Shown here: positions 37,328 through 45,173 of the stretch, piece by piece
Layout of the letters: each line of letters begins with the position of its first letter
How positions within the stretch are numbered: the first letter of the stretch is position 1
Notes under the pieces: model-generated
What the model was told of the DNA's origin: nothing
Seen by the model: only the letters and a program-made list of their open reading frames with translations
The model's database searches: none
Origin: a phage
Direction: 5' to 3' (one strand)
DNA length: 64,000 nt
Sequence record: PZ338878.1
Program-made: the position numbers and the translations under genes

Positions 37328-37438
37328 GGTATCGCCCTTTCTTTGATGTGCGCCCTGGTTGGCGCGGTAGAAAGATAATAGCCGTTTCTTTTATAGATAG
37401 CAAGCAAAAAAGAAATGAAAAAAAGATTAAAAAAACGG

Positions 37439-37499
37439 TTGACGTTCCTCACCTGGTAGCGTAGTATTCATCTTGTCGAGGGGCGGCAATAGTGCCGCT
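37439..37499 (+). promoter_or_regulatory. sigma70-like promoter + 5-prime UTR stem-loop (variant)
   Basis: TTGACG, 17 nt, TAGTAT, then hairpin gcggca-at-ag-tgccgc at about 37482-37499, then SD and ATG at 37523. Confidence 0.5.
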
Positions 37500-37522
37500 C
37501 ATAACAGAAGAGAGAAATAATC

Positions 37523-37795
37523 ATGGCATCATATAGCGCATCAATGATCGTAATGGGTATCACTGGTAAACCTATGCGCGGTGGCGGATCTTTCGCTAAC
37601 ATCAACATTGACGGGCGTTTATCCCTGGACGCAGCGATCACAGTGGCACGGGAAACATTTAAAAAAGAATGTAATTTCAATAAACAAGATTATCTCGGTT
37701 TTGCTATTGAAAAAACCGCGCGCTTTGTGGATTATAAAAGCCCGAAAATGATCGACACTACACTAAAAGCGCAAGATGTAGCGTTTTTGCTTTAA
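37523..37795 (+). CDS. hypothetical protein (90 aa)
   Basis: ORF track; promoter and hairpin upstream. Confidence 0.5.
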   Translation: MASYSASMIVMGITGKPMRGGGSFANINIDGRLSLDAAITVARETFKKECNFNKQDYLGFAIEKTARFVDYKSPKMIDTTLKAQDVAFLL

Positions 37796-37798
37796 GGT

Positions 37799-37860
37799 TT
37801 GACACTGAAAAATAATTGGGTAATATATACGACATAAGGCGGGGAAATGGTTTCCCCGCC
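37799..37860 (+). promoter_or_regulatory. sigma70-like promoter + conserved 5-prime UTR stem-loop
   Basis: TTGACA, 17 nt, AATATA, then GGCGGGGAAA-tgg-TTTCCCCGCC (10-bp stem) at 37838-37860. Confidence 0.6.
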
Positions 37861-37882
37861 AAATCAAAGAAAGGGTAATGCA

Positions 37883-38245
37883 ATGAGCAAGCAAATCAAT
37901 ACTATCATGTTTAATCTGGTATCTTTCCGCGATGACGTGAAAAATCTTTCGCGTGATGCAGTGGATGCACGGATCGAAAGCTATCGCACACAGATCGCAA
38001 CGTTACCGCTGAAACGTGATCAACATGCCGCTAATATGATGCTTGATGCTATGATTAAAAAGATGATTCAATGTGATCTTACCCTGGCTTATGAATATGC
38101 TGGCGATCTCTTTGTAACATACAGCAAGCCCGTACCAGGCATGAGCACCACGGAAGAATTGCATGCCTTAAATCTGCGACAAGATGCATGGGATAACATG
38201 CGCCGTGTTATGGTATGGGTAGAAAGCGGTAAAATTTACGAATAA
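37883..38245 (+). CDS. hypothetical protein (120 aa)
   Basis: Trimmed in frame to ATG 37883 (MSKQIN); the track start lies inside the hairpin loop. Confidence 0.5.
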   Translation: MSKQINTIMFNLVSFRDDVKNLSRDAVDARIESYRTQIATLPLKRDQHAANMMLDAMIKKMIQCDLTLAYEYAGDLFVTYSKPVPGMSTTEELHALNLRQDAWDNMRRVMVWVESGKIYE

Positions 38246-38251
38246 AAACGG

Positions 38252-38305
38252 TTGACATTGCACTAAAACCTGATAAGCTATCTTAAAGCGGGAATTGTTC
38301 CCGCT
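38252..38305 (+). promoter_or_regulatory. sigma70-like promoter + 5-prime UTR stem-loop
   Basis: TTGACA, 16 nt, TAAGCT, then agcggga-attgt-tcccgct at 38287-38305. Confidence 0.55.
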
Positions 38306-38323
38306 TATATAGGATAAAACTTT

Positions 38324-38470
38324 ATGAAACAATATGTAATGAGTATTCATACCAAAAACGGCGCTACTGTTACGACTCCGGCACGGTTTGCACTTGTAAA
38401 CCGTTGCAAGAGACTAAAACGAGAGCTAAAAAATAACCGTGCAACGGGCTTTAAACGCTGGGGAGGATAA
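38324..38470 (+). CDS. small basic protein (48 aa)
   Basis: Manual translation MKQYVMSIHTKNGATVTTPARFALVNRCKRLKRELKNNR... Confidence 0.35.
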   Translation: MKQYVMSIHTKNGATVTTPARFALVNRCKRLKRELKNNRATGFKRWGG

Positions 38471-38472
38471 TC

Positions 38473-38733
38473 TTGTTTTTTCTAAAAGTTTTTGATAATG
38501 TGATCGCTTTTGAACATGCTACAACGTTCGACCTGGCGAGATACGCTATCAGGTTTAAAGATAATGTTTATCCCCGTGCTGGCGGCGGTTACACTATTTT
38601 TAATCATCGCAACGCGCAACTGACTGATGTAACTAATCCAGATCCTGGAGTGTATCGGATAGGCTGGCTACCGTCAAAAGACGCTGCAAGCATGTTTAAG
38701 GTATGTAAACTACTAACAGAAGAGGCGAACTAA
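38473..38733 (+). CDS. hypothetical protein (86 aa), TTG start
   Basis: ORF track; GGGAGGA 5 nt upstream of the TTG. Confidence 0.4.
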   Translation: MFFLKVFDNVIAFEHATTFDLARYAIRFKDNVYPRAGGGYTIFNHRNAQLTDVTNPDPGVYRIGWLPSKDAASMFKVCKLLTEEAN

Positions 38734-38734
38734 C

Positions 38735-39289
38735 ATGGGGCGTGAATATGTGATCCAGTCCTGGGTAAAGCATGATGTAAATGATCCGCGCATAATACCA
38801 GATGACATGATCGATCACATGGTAGGGTATAGCGGGGAGCAGATAGGAAATCGAGCGGCAAAGAGCAACGGCAACACCAGGACGCGATCCGTTCGCCCTG
38901 GATGGCTGGCGAATGGTAACGCTGACATTGCAAGCGCCGCAGATCCAAGCGATGACGCTAAAAATAATCCCTTATACAACATTGATCCGGCTTTTAAGGT
39001 ATTGGAAGAGTATCCCGCTAAATTAGCCGCACTAGATAAGGCATACGAAGAAAAGCGCATGGCCTGGACTGTATACAACACCGCTAAAATGGTGCTAGAT
39101 GCAAAACTAATTAAAGCCCAGGAGAAGATCAATAAACTTGTTACCATAGCGCAAGAGGAAGACCAGGGCGACCAGGAGGAAGAGGAAGAAATCATGCCTA
39201 CTCTGGAAGAGGAAGAGATCCAGCCATACATGCCGACGGAAGAGGAAAAAAGACAAGCCTTAAAAAATTATGAAAATTGCATTGTGTAA
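38735..39289 (+). CDS. hypothetical protein (184 aa) with acidic Glu-rich tail
   Basis: ORF track; SD AGAAGAGG. Confidence 0.5.
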   Translation: MGREYVIQSWVKHDVNDPRIIPDDMIDHMVGYSGEQIGNRAAKSNGNTRTRSVRPGWLANGNADIASAADPSDDAKNNPLYNIDPAFKVLEEYPAKLAALDKAYEEKRMAWTVYNTAKMVLDAKLIKAQEKINKLVTIAQEEDQGDQEEEEEIMPTLEEEEIQPYMPTEEEKRQALKNYENCIV

Positions 39290-39292
39290 GGG

Positions 39293-39321
39293 TTGACATA
39301 TGCAAACAAGCCCCGTAATAT
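39293..39321 (+). promoter_or_regulatory. sigma70-like promoter
   Basis: TTGACA, 17 nt, TAATAT. Confidence 0.45.
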
Positions 39322-39369
39322 GTACCACATAGAGCGGGGCAACTTCTCAAAGGTGAAATAAAAAATCAG

Positions 39370-39397
39370 TTGACACCTGAAATCAGTAAGCTATAAT
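39370..39397 (+). promoter_or_regulatory. sigma70-like promoter (near-consensus)
   Basis: TTGACA, 16 nt, TATAAT, upstream of the ATG at 39435. Confidence 0.6.
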
Positions 39398-39434
39398 GCT
39401 TATATAGATTGAAACATTACTAAGGAATAAAAGC

Positions 39435-39614
39435 ATGGCTATTATTGCAAAAACTGAGATCGTAGGTTTAGATTCTATCCTCCTGGCATATGAGGAAGCT
39501 ATAGAAATGTATGTGGTTTCCTATGGTGATTATATCCGTGAATATAATTCTATTGATCTAGCTTTTGAATGCTATATTCGCCAGGTAAATAAAGCATACG
39601 ATGATTATCGTTAA
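39435..39614 (+). CDS. hypothetical protein (59 aa)
   Basis: Manual translation MAIIAKTEIVGLDSILLAYEEAIEMYVVSYGDYIREYNS...; SD AAGGAA. Confidence 0.4.
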   Translation: MAIIAKTEIVGLDSILLAYEEAIEMYVVSYGDYIREYNSIDLAFECYIRQVNKAYDDYR

Positions 39615-39633
39615 AAGTTTTAGTCTTGTGCTA

Positions 39634-39663
39634 TTGACAACGAACGATAGTACAAGCATAATA
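39634..39663 (+). promoter_or_regulatory. sigma70-like promoter
   Basis: TTGACA, 17 nt, CATAAT; no GC hairpin downstream. Confidence 0.45.
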
Positions 39664-39709
39664 ACTTTTATCGGGAACACTCCTAACTAATCAAAAGAGA
39701 TTAAAGATT

Positions 39710-40075
39710 ATGGCTAAAAATATCAATGTTTCTGCTTATGCTACCCTGGCTAACACTGCTAAAATTGAACTATCCAGCATTGAAGCGGTACATATTAGCG
39801 CCCGTCGCTGGTTTCAAAAGTCTTATGGTAATACTTATTTCTCTTTGATCGTTGACGTTGAGATCGGCGGTAAACTGATTGAAGTCGTTAACGTTCCGTT
39901 TCAATATGGTTATGGTGATCATTTTGATACCGTTGCCCTGGAAGAGTTTAGCAAGGTTATCAACCTGGAAGGTAAAGAGTTTTCAAATTATGCCTACCTT
40001 TCCCGTTTTTGCCGTGATAATGGGATCGCTGTATACAGTCATGCAAGCGATGTTAAACGCAAAAAAGATTTATAA
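39710..40075 (+). CDS. hypothetical protein (121 aa)
   Basis: ORF track. Confidence 0.5.
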   Translation: MAKNINVSAYATLANTAKIELSSIEAVHISARRWFQKSYGNTYFSLIVDVEIGGKLIEVVNVPFQYGYGDHFDTVALEEFSKVINLEGKEFSNYAYLSRFCRDNGIAVYSHASDVKRKKDL

Positions 40076-40080
40076 AAGTA

Positions 40081-40142
40081 TTGACAGCACGAATAAAAAG
40101 AGTAAAATGTTTCATATCAGGACGGGGGAATGGTTCCCCGCC
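40081..40142 (+). promoter_or_regulatory. sigma70-like promoter + 5-prime UTR stem-loop
   Basis: TTGACA, 16 nt, TAAAAT, then gacgggggaa-tgg-ttccccgcc at 40121-40142. Confidence 0.55.
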
Positions 40143-40161
40143 TATAACTAGGTATAATAAA

Positions 40162-40392
40162 ATGGCTAATATGTATATGACCGAAGTTAAAACCGTAAAA
40201 GATACTACTACCAATAAAACTACTTACTTACAGCGGATCTGCGGTGTATGGCAACGTATTAGTAAAGCAAAGTATTATAAATTAACATCATATGCTAATC
40301 GTTCGGATTCATTCCGTACTGAAATAAAAGGTAATAAAGTACACCAATACGGCACTTATTATTATTATAGCCTAGACGCGATTGCAATCTAA
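40162..40392 (+). CDS. hypothetical protein (76 aa)
   Basis: Trimmed in frame to ATG 40162 (MANMYMTEVK); the track start lies upstream of the promoter -10. Confidence 0.45.
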   Translation: MANMYMTEVKTVKDTTTNKTTYLQRICGVWQRISKAKYYKLTSYANRSDSFRTEIKGNKVHQYGTYYYYSLDAIAI

Positions 40393-40411
40393 GCATATTT
40401 TTAAAAAGCAC

Positions 40412-40470
40412 TTGCAAACTAGGTTTAAAGGCGTATAATGTTTTGCATAGAGAGCGGGAATAGTTCCCGC
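40412..40470 (+). promoter_or_regulatory. sigma70-like promoter + 5-prime UTR stem-loop
   Basis: TTGCAA, 16 nt, TATAAT, then gcgggaa-tag-ttcccgc at 40454-40470. Confidence 0.6.
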
Positions 40471-40494
40471 CTCACTGAAAAAGAGATTAACATC

Positions 40495-40734
40495 ATGGCT
40501 AAATCTAAAATGTACAACGGTCACAAAAACAAAACTCATTGGAATGTAAGCCTTTGGATTAATAACGATCCAGGTTTTTATAATATGGCAAAAGAATTTA
40601 TAGCCGTGAACAACAATAAAGATAACGCCGCGCGTGAAATGATGGCACTACTTAACGAAATGGGCCAAAATACTACGCCAGATGGCTATAAATTCAGTAA
40701 AACCAGTATCCGCGCCGCTATGGTAGGAATGTAA
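40495..40734 (+). CDS. hypothetical protein (79 aa)
   Basis: Trimmed in frame to ATG 40495 (MAKSKMYNG). Confidence 0.45.
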   Translation: MAKSKMYNGHKNKTHWNVSLWINNDPGFYNMAKEFIAVNNNKDNAAREMMALLNEMGQNTTPDGYKFSKTSIRAAMVGM

Positions 40735-40743
40735 TAAAAACAG

Positions 40744-40803
40744 TTGACAACGTTTTTTAATCTGATAAGATGTATCACATAGGGCGGGAAATGGTTTCCC
40801 GCC
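40744..40803 (+). promoter_or_regulatory. sigma70-like promoter + conserved 5-prime UTR stem-loop
   Basis: TTGACA, 16 nt, TAAGAT, then GGCGGGAAA-tgg-TTTCCCGCC at 40783-40803. Confidence 0.6.
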
Positions 40804-40825
40804 AAATCAAAGAAAGGTTAACATT

Positions 40826-41053
40826 ATGGCTATCGTTATTGTTCGCGTATCCGGAACGGTTGGAATCTCCCAGGTAGTAGCAGTTATCACAGAAAAGAAA
40901 GGGGATGATCTTCACTCCTCCTTGAATAGCTGGGCGGTCGCTAACTTTGGGCAATGGTCGAGCGTTGAGTACATCGAATCCTACCAGGTGCCAACGATTA
41001 GCCTAACCGATCTAAATGTTGATCGCTTGTTGTGCCTGGATCAATTAAACTAA
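40826..41053 (+). CDS. hypothetical protein (75 aa)
   Basis: ORF track; UTR between hairpin and ATG nearly identical to that of the gene at 37883. Confidence 0.45.
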   Translation: MAIVIVRVSGTVGISQVVAVITEKKGDDLHSSLNSWAVANFGQWSSVEYIESYQVPTISLTDLNVDRLLCLDQLN

Positions 41054-41061
41054 AAATAATA

Positions 41062-41119
41062 TTGACAAGATAACTAAAATCAGTAAAATGTAATGCATAG
41101 GGCGGCAATAGTGCCGCCC
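41062..41119 (+). promoter_or_regulatory. sigma70-like promoter + 5-prime UTR stem-loop
   Basis: TTGACA, 16 nt, TAAAAT, then gggcggca-atag-tgccgccc at 41100-41119. Confidence 0.6.
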
Positions 41120-41140
41120 CTAGTGAGAGAGATTATCAAA

Positions 41141-41356
41141 ATGGCTAATATCCGCACACTGTTAAAAAATGCAAGTCAAGTTTTATTTTCAGATGACGAG
41201 TATTTCAACAAAGACATTACAGGCGTGAAAAATTTAAAAGACGTGAAGGATGTTATCGGTATCCGTGGATCTTTACGTAAAGGTGACATATACGGTAACA
41301 AGGTGCAATATAAATTGTCAAAAGATTATGATTTTACTTTGACAATTATTTCATAA
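41141..41356 (+). CDS. hypothetical protein (71 aa)
   Basis: Trimmed in frame to ATG 41141 (MANIRTLL). Confidence 0.45.
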   Translation: MANIRTLLKNASQVLFSDDEYFNKDITGVKNLKDVKDVIGIRGSLRKGDIYGNKVQYKLSKDYDFTLTIIS

Positions 41357-41362
41357 AACTAC

Positions 41363-41423
41363 TTGCAAACCTGGTAAAATAAAGTAAACTATATTCATTA
41401 AGGCGGTGGAATAGCCCACCGCC
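41363..41423 (+). promoter_or_regulatory. sigma70-like promoter + 5-prime UTR stem-loop
   Basis: TTGCAA, 16 nt, TAAACT, then ggcggtgg-aatag-cccaccgcc at 41402-41423. Confidence 0.55.
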
Positions 41424-41446
41424 TAACAAAGAGAAGAGGAAACATC

Positions 41447-41617
41447 ATGATCACTTTCGCCACCCGTGAAGCCGCTCGCAACGTTGCACGTAAAGTTAAC
41501 GCCGCCAACCTGGGCGCTACGCTTAAAGCCCCGGTAAAAGATGAATCAGGAAAATGGATCTTTCCTGGTCTGCGTCACGCTGATAAGCTGGGAACATTAA
41601 CGTTAAAAAACAAATAA
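41447..41617 (+). CDS. hypothetical protein (56 aa)
   Basis: Manual translation MITFATREAARNVARKVNAANLGATLKAPVKDESGKW...; SD AGAGGAAA. Confidence 0.4.
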   Translation: MITFATREAARNVARKVNAANLGATLKAPVKDESGKWIFPGLRHADKLGTLTLKNK

Positions 41618-41623
41618 TATCCG

Positions 41624-41682
41624 TTGACAGTAGCATCATTTATAAGTAAAGTAACAACAACGGCGGGAAATGGTTTCCCGCC
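41624..41682 (+). promoter_or_regulatory. sigma70-like promoter + conserved 5-prime UTR stem-loop
   Basis: TTGACA, 17 nt, TAAAGT, then GGCGGGAAA-tgg-TTTCCCGCC at 41662-41682. Confidence 0.55.
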
Positions 41683-41702
41683 ATCAATAAAGAGATAAGA
41701 TT

Positions 41703-42062
41703 ATGAAATCAGTAAAAGCAATTAAAACTTACATTGTGTCGGCTATTTCTTTTGATGGTACTACAACCGAAAAAGAAAAGATCACCGAACTGATGCGCCG
41801 TTTTAACTCTGAATACTGGTATCCCGATAATCAAAAACGTTACAATCATAACATGACCAAGGCGATAGCCTCATGGTTACAAGGTTTACCGTCAGAAGTC
41901 AATATTGCTTTTGATTATAATGAGATCGATCACTTGTTAATTGAATGGAAGTGCATAAAAGAAACAAGCAAAGAAACAACCGTTACCCGTGAGCGGGAAA
42001 ATTATTGGTTATATATTGCAAGCATGATCGTAATCCTGGCAAAACAGCATAACGTGGCGTAA
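41703..42062 (+). CDS. hypothetical protein (119 aa)
   Basis: ORF track. Confidence 0.5.
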   Translation: MKSVKAIKTYIVSAISFDGTTTEKEKITELMRRFNSEYWYPDNQKRYNHNMTKAIASWLQGLPSEVNIAFDYNEIDHLLIEWKCIKETSKETTVTRERENYWLYIASMIVILAKQHNVA

Positions 42063-42076
42063 TTAAGAGGAAAAAC

Positions 42077-42214
42077 ATGAACGCATCACAGCAGATCGAA
42101 AAATTCAACCGCAGCAAGGCGCGTAAAAATTGGAACGAAGAGATCACCAAAAAAGGCGATAAGCGGAACAAAACAAAAAGAGATCGCAGTACAAAAAGAC
42201 ACTGGAACGAATAA
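42077..42214 (+). CDS. small basic protein (45 aa)
   Basis: Manual translation MNASQQIEKFNRSKARKNWNEEITKKGDKRNKTKRDR...; SD AAGAGGAAAAA. Confidence 0.35.
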   Translation: MNASQQIEKFNRSKARKNWNEEITKKGDKRNKTKRDRSTKRHWNE

Positions 42215-42218
42215 CAAA

Positions 42219-42243
42219 AAGGGCGCAATAAGCGCCCTTTTAG
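42219..42243 (+). terminator. intrinsic terminator
   Basis: agggcgc-aataa-gcgccct hairpin followed by TTTTA. Confidence 0.55.
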
Positions 42244-42332
42244 CTTATATAGAGGCTTGTTACCCATAGGCAATGGTAACGCCAGGGCAAGCCTATAAAT
42301 CAACGTTAGACAGCTTTACAGGAGCTTTAAAA

Positions 42333-42515
42333 ATGAAATTAAACGAAATAAGCAAGGCACTAGCCCAGGGTCAAAGGTTATGCGCCCGATATCGTGATCA
42401 ATATGGCTTCATGACTAGCGGCGTGATCCTGGGGATTGAAGGTAATAAAATTTTTATTGACACGTTGAAAAACGTTGTATATAGTGACAATATAATCTCA
42501 ATAAAACATATATGA
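42333..42515 (+). CDS. hypothetical protein (60 aa)
   Basis: Trimmed in frame to ATG 42333 (MKLNEISK, AGGAG upstream). Confidence 0.4.
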   Translation: MKLNEISKALAQGQRLCARYRDQYGFMTSGVILGIEGNKIFIDTLKNVVYSDNIISIKHI

Positions 42516-42523
42516 GGCAAGAA

Positions 42524-42925
42524 ATGAAAAAATTATTGATCGCTGGTTTAATCTCTTTTGGCATGGTTGGAACATCTAGCGCGGCGATATCCTCCACAGT
42601 AGCAGAATTAAGCGCCGTTGATGCAATGGAAAACGTCATGATCATTAATAACGCGATCCCCGATGAAATCATGGAGGATTCTCACATGATCGCTTATGGT
42701 GCTGTTACACAATTAACGGCAAAAATAGATAAATCTATTGTTAATGGCTTAAATGAAGATGTACCATGTGAAATTATTACCAGTGTGCTAACGACTCAAA
42801 ATTTTACGCCGTGGCTAAAAAGTATTCAAAAGGTACACAGCACCGCCGCAGATCGTAGCAATGAAAAACTAGTGTCAGCACTTGCAACGTATACCCTAGC
42901 AAAATGCACCGAAATAAAAGATTGA
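42524..42925 (+). CDS. secreted protein (signal peptide)
   Basis: Trimmed in frame to ATG 42524 (MKKLLIAGLISFGMVGTSSAA; GAGG 6 nt upstream). Confidence 0.45.
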   Translation: MKKLLIAGLISFGMVGTSSAAISSTVAELSAVDAMENVMIINNAIPDEIMEDSHMIAYGAVTQLTAKIDKSIVNGLNEDVPCEIITSVLTTQNFTPWLKSIQKVHSTAADRSNEKLVSALATYTLAKCTEIKD

Positions 42926-42972
42926 CAACATAGAAAGCACGTTATAAGATACACACAACAAAGGAGAACTAC

Positions 42973-43275
42973 ATGAACGGCATAGCTAAAACGTTTTTTC
43001 TTTTTTCTGGTGTAAATGATCCATCAATAAAAGTCGATAGCGTAAAAGAAAACAATACTATCACCGCTAAATTGTTTCAAGATGAAACAAATAACGTGCT
43101 AATCATTAATCTTAAAGAAATAACGAAAGGTTATTATACTATTGCTTACCATGCGATCTATCATGCTGGTACTAGCGAGGAAGTGCAAACAAGCAACAAC
43201 GAAAGCGCGGCGCTACCTGGTGATCTGGTGCTGGGCGTTATCAGTTTAATTGTCAATGATTTTTTTAAGGAGTAA
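42973..43275 (+). CDS. hypothetical protein (100 aa)
   Basis: ORF track; SD AAGGAG. Confidence 0.45.
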   Translation: MNGIAKTFFLFSGVNDPSIKVDSVKENNTITAKLFQDETNNVLIINLKEITKGYYTIAYHAIYHAGTSEEVQTSNNESAALPGDLVLGVISLIVNDFFKE

Positions 43276-43279
43276 AACC

Positions 43280-43375
43280 ATGCCCTATTTACATTTATTT
43301 TTCGGGATCTTATTGTCAGGATCTTTTTTCTTCTGTATACTTGTTTCTATTGTAAACCACGTTTTAAGACATTAA
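43280..43375 (+). CDS. small hydrophobic peptide (31 aa)
   Basis: Manual translation MPYLHLFFGILLSGSFFFCILVSIVNHVLRH; AAGGAG upstream. Confidence 0.25.
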   Translation: MPYLHLFFGILLSGSFFFCILVSIVNHVLRH

Positions 43376-43384
43376 GGAAACAGC

Positions 43385-43504
43385 ATGAAAATTATTCCCG
43401 TACAGTATAGCGTAATAAATCCAGCATATGAGGAAGGAAGGAAAACAAGCATGGCTTTATGTTGTATTACTACTATAGCCATGTTATTATATATTGTGTT
43501 TTAA
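43385..43504 (+). CDS. small membrane peptide (39 aa)
   Basis: Manual translation MKIIPVQYSVINPAYEEGRKTSMALCCITTIAMLLYIVF; AAGGAAA upstream. Confidence 0.25.
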   Translation: MKIIPVQYSVINPAYEEGRKTSMALCCITTIAMLLYIVF

Positions 43505-43533
43505 TAGGTTTTATAGTTGTACGCTTTAAAGGC

Positions 43534-43561
43534 TTTACAATTTTTTGTTATGCTTTAAAAT
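43534..43561 (+). promoter_or_regulatory. sigma70-like promoter
   Basis: TTTACA, about 16 nt, TAAAAT, upstream of the gene at 43605. Confidence 0.4.
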
Positions 43562-43604
43562 ATATCTTGAAAACGGCAAAGGCCGCAAACAAAAGGGTAA
43601 AATT

Positions 43605-43928
43605 ATGAAATCTGTGATCGGTGTTTATTTGGATAACTCTGATTTTTTCTATCATCGTGCGCGTTTCCTTGATGCGATTGAAATGATAGAATCAGGCTTT
43701 AAAGAGTATCGCCTTGCACATGATGACCTGGAAGCATTACAGGGTAATAGTGTTTTTACATTGCAAGCTAAAGCACTATGCAAAAGCCGGATCGACATTG
43801 CAAGCAAAAAGATAGAACGCGGCATGTCCTGGTTGCGCACCGCAGAAATCAACATGGGGCAATGGTACGGCGAAAACTTAGAAAATAAACTCACTTTTGT
43901 AAATGTAGAAAATATTAAAGATTATTGA
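43605..43928 (+). CDS. hypothetical protein (107 aa)
   Basis: Trimmed in frame to ATG 43605 (MKSVIGVY). Confidence 0.45.
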   Translation: MKSVIGVYLDNSDFFYHRARFLDAIEMIESGFKEYRLAHDDLEALQGNSVFTLQAKALCKSRIDIASKKIERGMSWLRTAEINMGQWYGENLENKLTFVNVENIKDY

Positions 43929-43990
43929 TTGACAGCACACCTGATAAGTAATATATTGTATCTCATAGAGCGGGGAAATGGTTTCCCCGC
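43929..43990 (+). promoter_or_regulatory. sigma70-like promoter + conserved 5-prime UTR stem-loop
   Basis: TTGACA, 17 nt, TATATT, then GCGGGGAAA-tgg-TTTCCCCGC at 43970-43990. Confidence 0.6.
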
Positions 43991-44010
43991 CTTAACAGAA
44001 GAGATAAGAT

Positions 44011-44295
44011 ATGAAAATCACAAAAGCACTTTTCAACTATGCAGCACGTCGCGGATTATGCTTATCCGTTGAAAATTTAGGAAAAGAAGATTTTTTGTGC
44101 TTTTGGGAGCTTGAGAATGATAATGAGTGGATCTTCTCTTATTCTATCTGCAAAGATCAAAACGGTTGCTTGTTAACCTGGCGCGGTAATATCTATTTGC
44201 CGGAAGAAATAAAACAAGAATTACCAGGCACGATCATGACTGAGAAACAGCTTAAGGAAGTGATCAATTTTGTAGGGCAAAACATTAAAAAATAA
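44011..44295 (+). CDS. hypothetical protein (94 aa)
   Basis: ORF track. Confidence 0.45.
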   Translation: MKITKALFNYAARRGLCLSVENLGKEDFLCFWELENDNEWIFSYSICKDQNGCLLTWRGNIYLPEEIKQELPGTIMTEKQLKEVINFVGQNIKK

Positions 44296-44296
44296 T

Positions 44297-44357
44297 TTGA
44301 CAGTAGGCAAACAACGTAGTAAAGTTTATCACATAGGGCGGGAAATGGTTTCCCGCT
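44297..44357 (+). promoter_or_regulatory. sigma70-like promoter + conserved 5-prime UTR stem-loop
   Basis: TTGACA, 17 nt, TAAAGT, then GGGCGGGAAA-tgg-TTTCCCGC at about 44336-44357. Confidence 0.55.
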
Positions 44358-44379
44358 CACAGCAGAAGAGAAACAAATC

Positions 44380-44550
44380 ATGATCCCGACTATGTTTTAC
44401 GTATCGCGCAAAGGTCACAATATTTTTTGGTCTGAAGATTTAAATGAAGCCATGACGTTTGCCCGTGATCGTGTTGCTATCGGTGGCGTTAATATTACCG
44501 TAACCGATGAAAACGGCATTGAATACTATAACGGCGACGATGAAGAGTAA
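44380..44550 (+). CDS. hypothetical protein (56 aa)
   Basis: Manual translation MIPTMFYVSRKGHNIFWSEDLNEAMTFARDRVAIGG... Confidence 0.4.
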   Translation: MIPTMFYVSRKGHNIFWSEDLNEAMTFARDRVAIGGVNITVTDENGIEYYNGDDEE

Positions 44551-44557
44551 TTAATAA

Positions 44558-44579
44558 GGCGGGGGGAGTATTCCCCGCC
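44558..44579 (+). promoter_or_regulatory. 5-prime UTR stem-loop (variant) without obvious promoter
   Basis: ggcgggg-ggagtat-tccccgcc directly after the preceding stop and before the gene at 44609. Confidence 0.45.
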
Positions 44580-44608
44580 ATCAATTCACAACTAAAAGAG
44601 AAATCATC

Positions 44609-44803
44609 ATGGCGCTTAAAAAACTAACAAGCAATACTCGTTGGGATGAAATTGACGGGGAAGTATACATTTTCGCCCGTAAACCAGGTGATCAAAAATG
44701 GTCAAAGGCTTTTACTTGTCACCCTGCAACAATAGATCTAATAAAAAGTAAAGGTTTACGTGAAGCAGTAGCGAGAAGTTTACTGATCCCTTGTAAAAAA
44801 TAG
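44609..44803 (+). CDS. hypothetical protein (64 aa)
   Basis: ORF track. Confidence 0.45.
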   Translation: MALKKLTSNTRWDEIDGEVYIFARKPGDQKWSKAFTCHPATIDLIKSKGLREAVARSLLIPCKK

Positions 44804-44804
44804 T

Positions 44805-44864
44805 TTGACAATATGCGGTTATCTGGTAATATATACCACGTAGGGCGGGAAATGGTTTCCCGCC
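44805..44864 (+). promoter_or_regulatory. sigma70-like promoter + conserved 5-prime UTR stem-loop
   Basis: TTGACA, 16 nt, TAATAT, then GGCGGGAAA-tgg-TTTCCCGCC at 44844-44864. Confidence 0.6.
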
Positions 44865-44882
44865 AGAATAGAGAGAACTAAA

Positions 44883-44987
44883 ATGATTATTCTTACCATG
44901 ATGTGCGCGGCGGTTATTATTCCTTTGATAACGCTTATTGTTTCTGAGATCGATGATCTTCTCTTTGAAAGAAGTTTAAAAAAGTGA
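44883..44987 (+). CDS. small membrane peptide (34 aa)
   Basis: Manual translation MIILTMMCAAVIIPLITLIVSEIDDLLFERSLKK. Confidence 0.3.
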   Translation: MIILTMMCAAVIIPLITLIVSEIDDLLFERSLKK

Positions 44988-45049
44988 TTGACAACGGCTA
45001 ATAAGCTGATAATATGTATCACATAGGGCGGGGCAATAAGGCAACGCCC
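44988..45049 (+). promoter_or_regulatory. sigma70-like promoter + 5-prime UTR stem-loop (variant)
   Basis: TTGACA, 16 nt, TAATAT, then gggcg-gggcaataaggcaa-cgccc at 45026-45049. Confidence 0.5.
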
Positions 45050-45067
45050 ACTAATGAGGGTAGCATC

Positions 45068-45172
45068 ATGTTAGAGAAAATTTTCACGGTTGTAATAGTG
45101 GGCCTGGCGTTATCGGTTGGAGTGATTGCAACTATGGCTAACATGATTCTATCTTCCCACGGTATCGGCTAA
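45068..45172 (+). CDS. small membrane peptide (34 aa)
   Basis: Manual translation MLEKIFTVVIVGLALSVGVIATMANMILSSHGIG. Confidence 0.3.
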   Translation: MLEKIFTVVIVGLALSVGVIATMANMILSSHGIG

Positions 45173-45173
45173 G

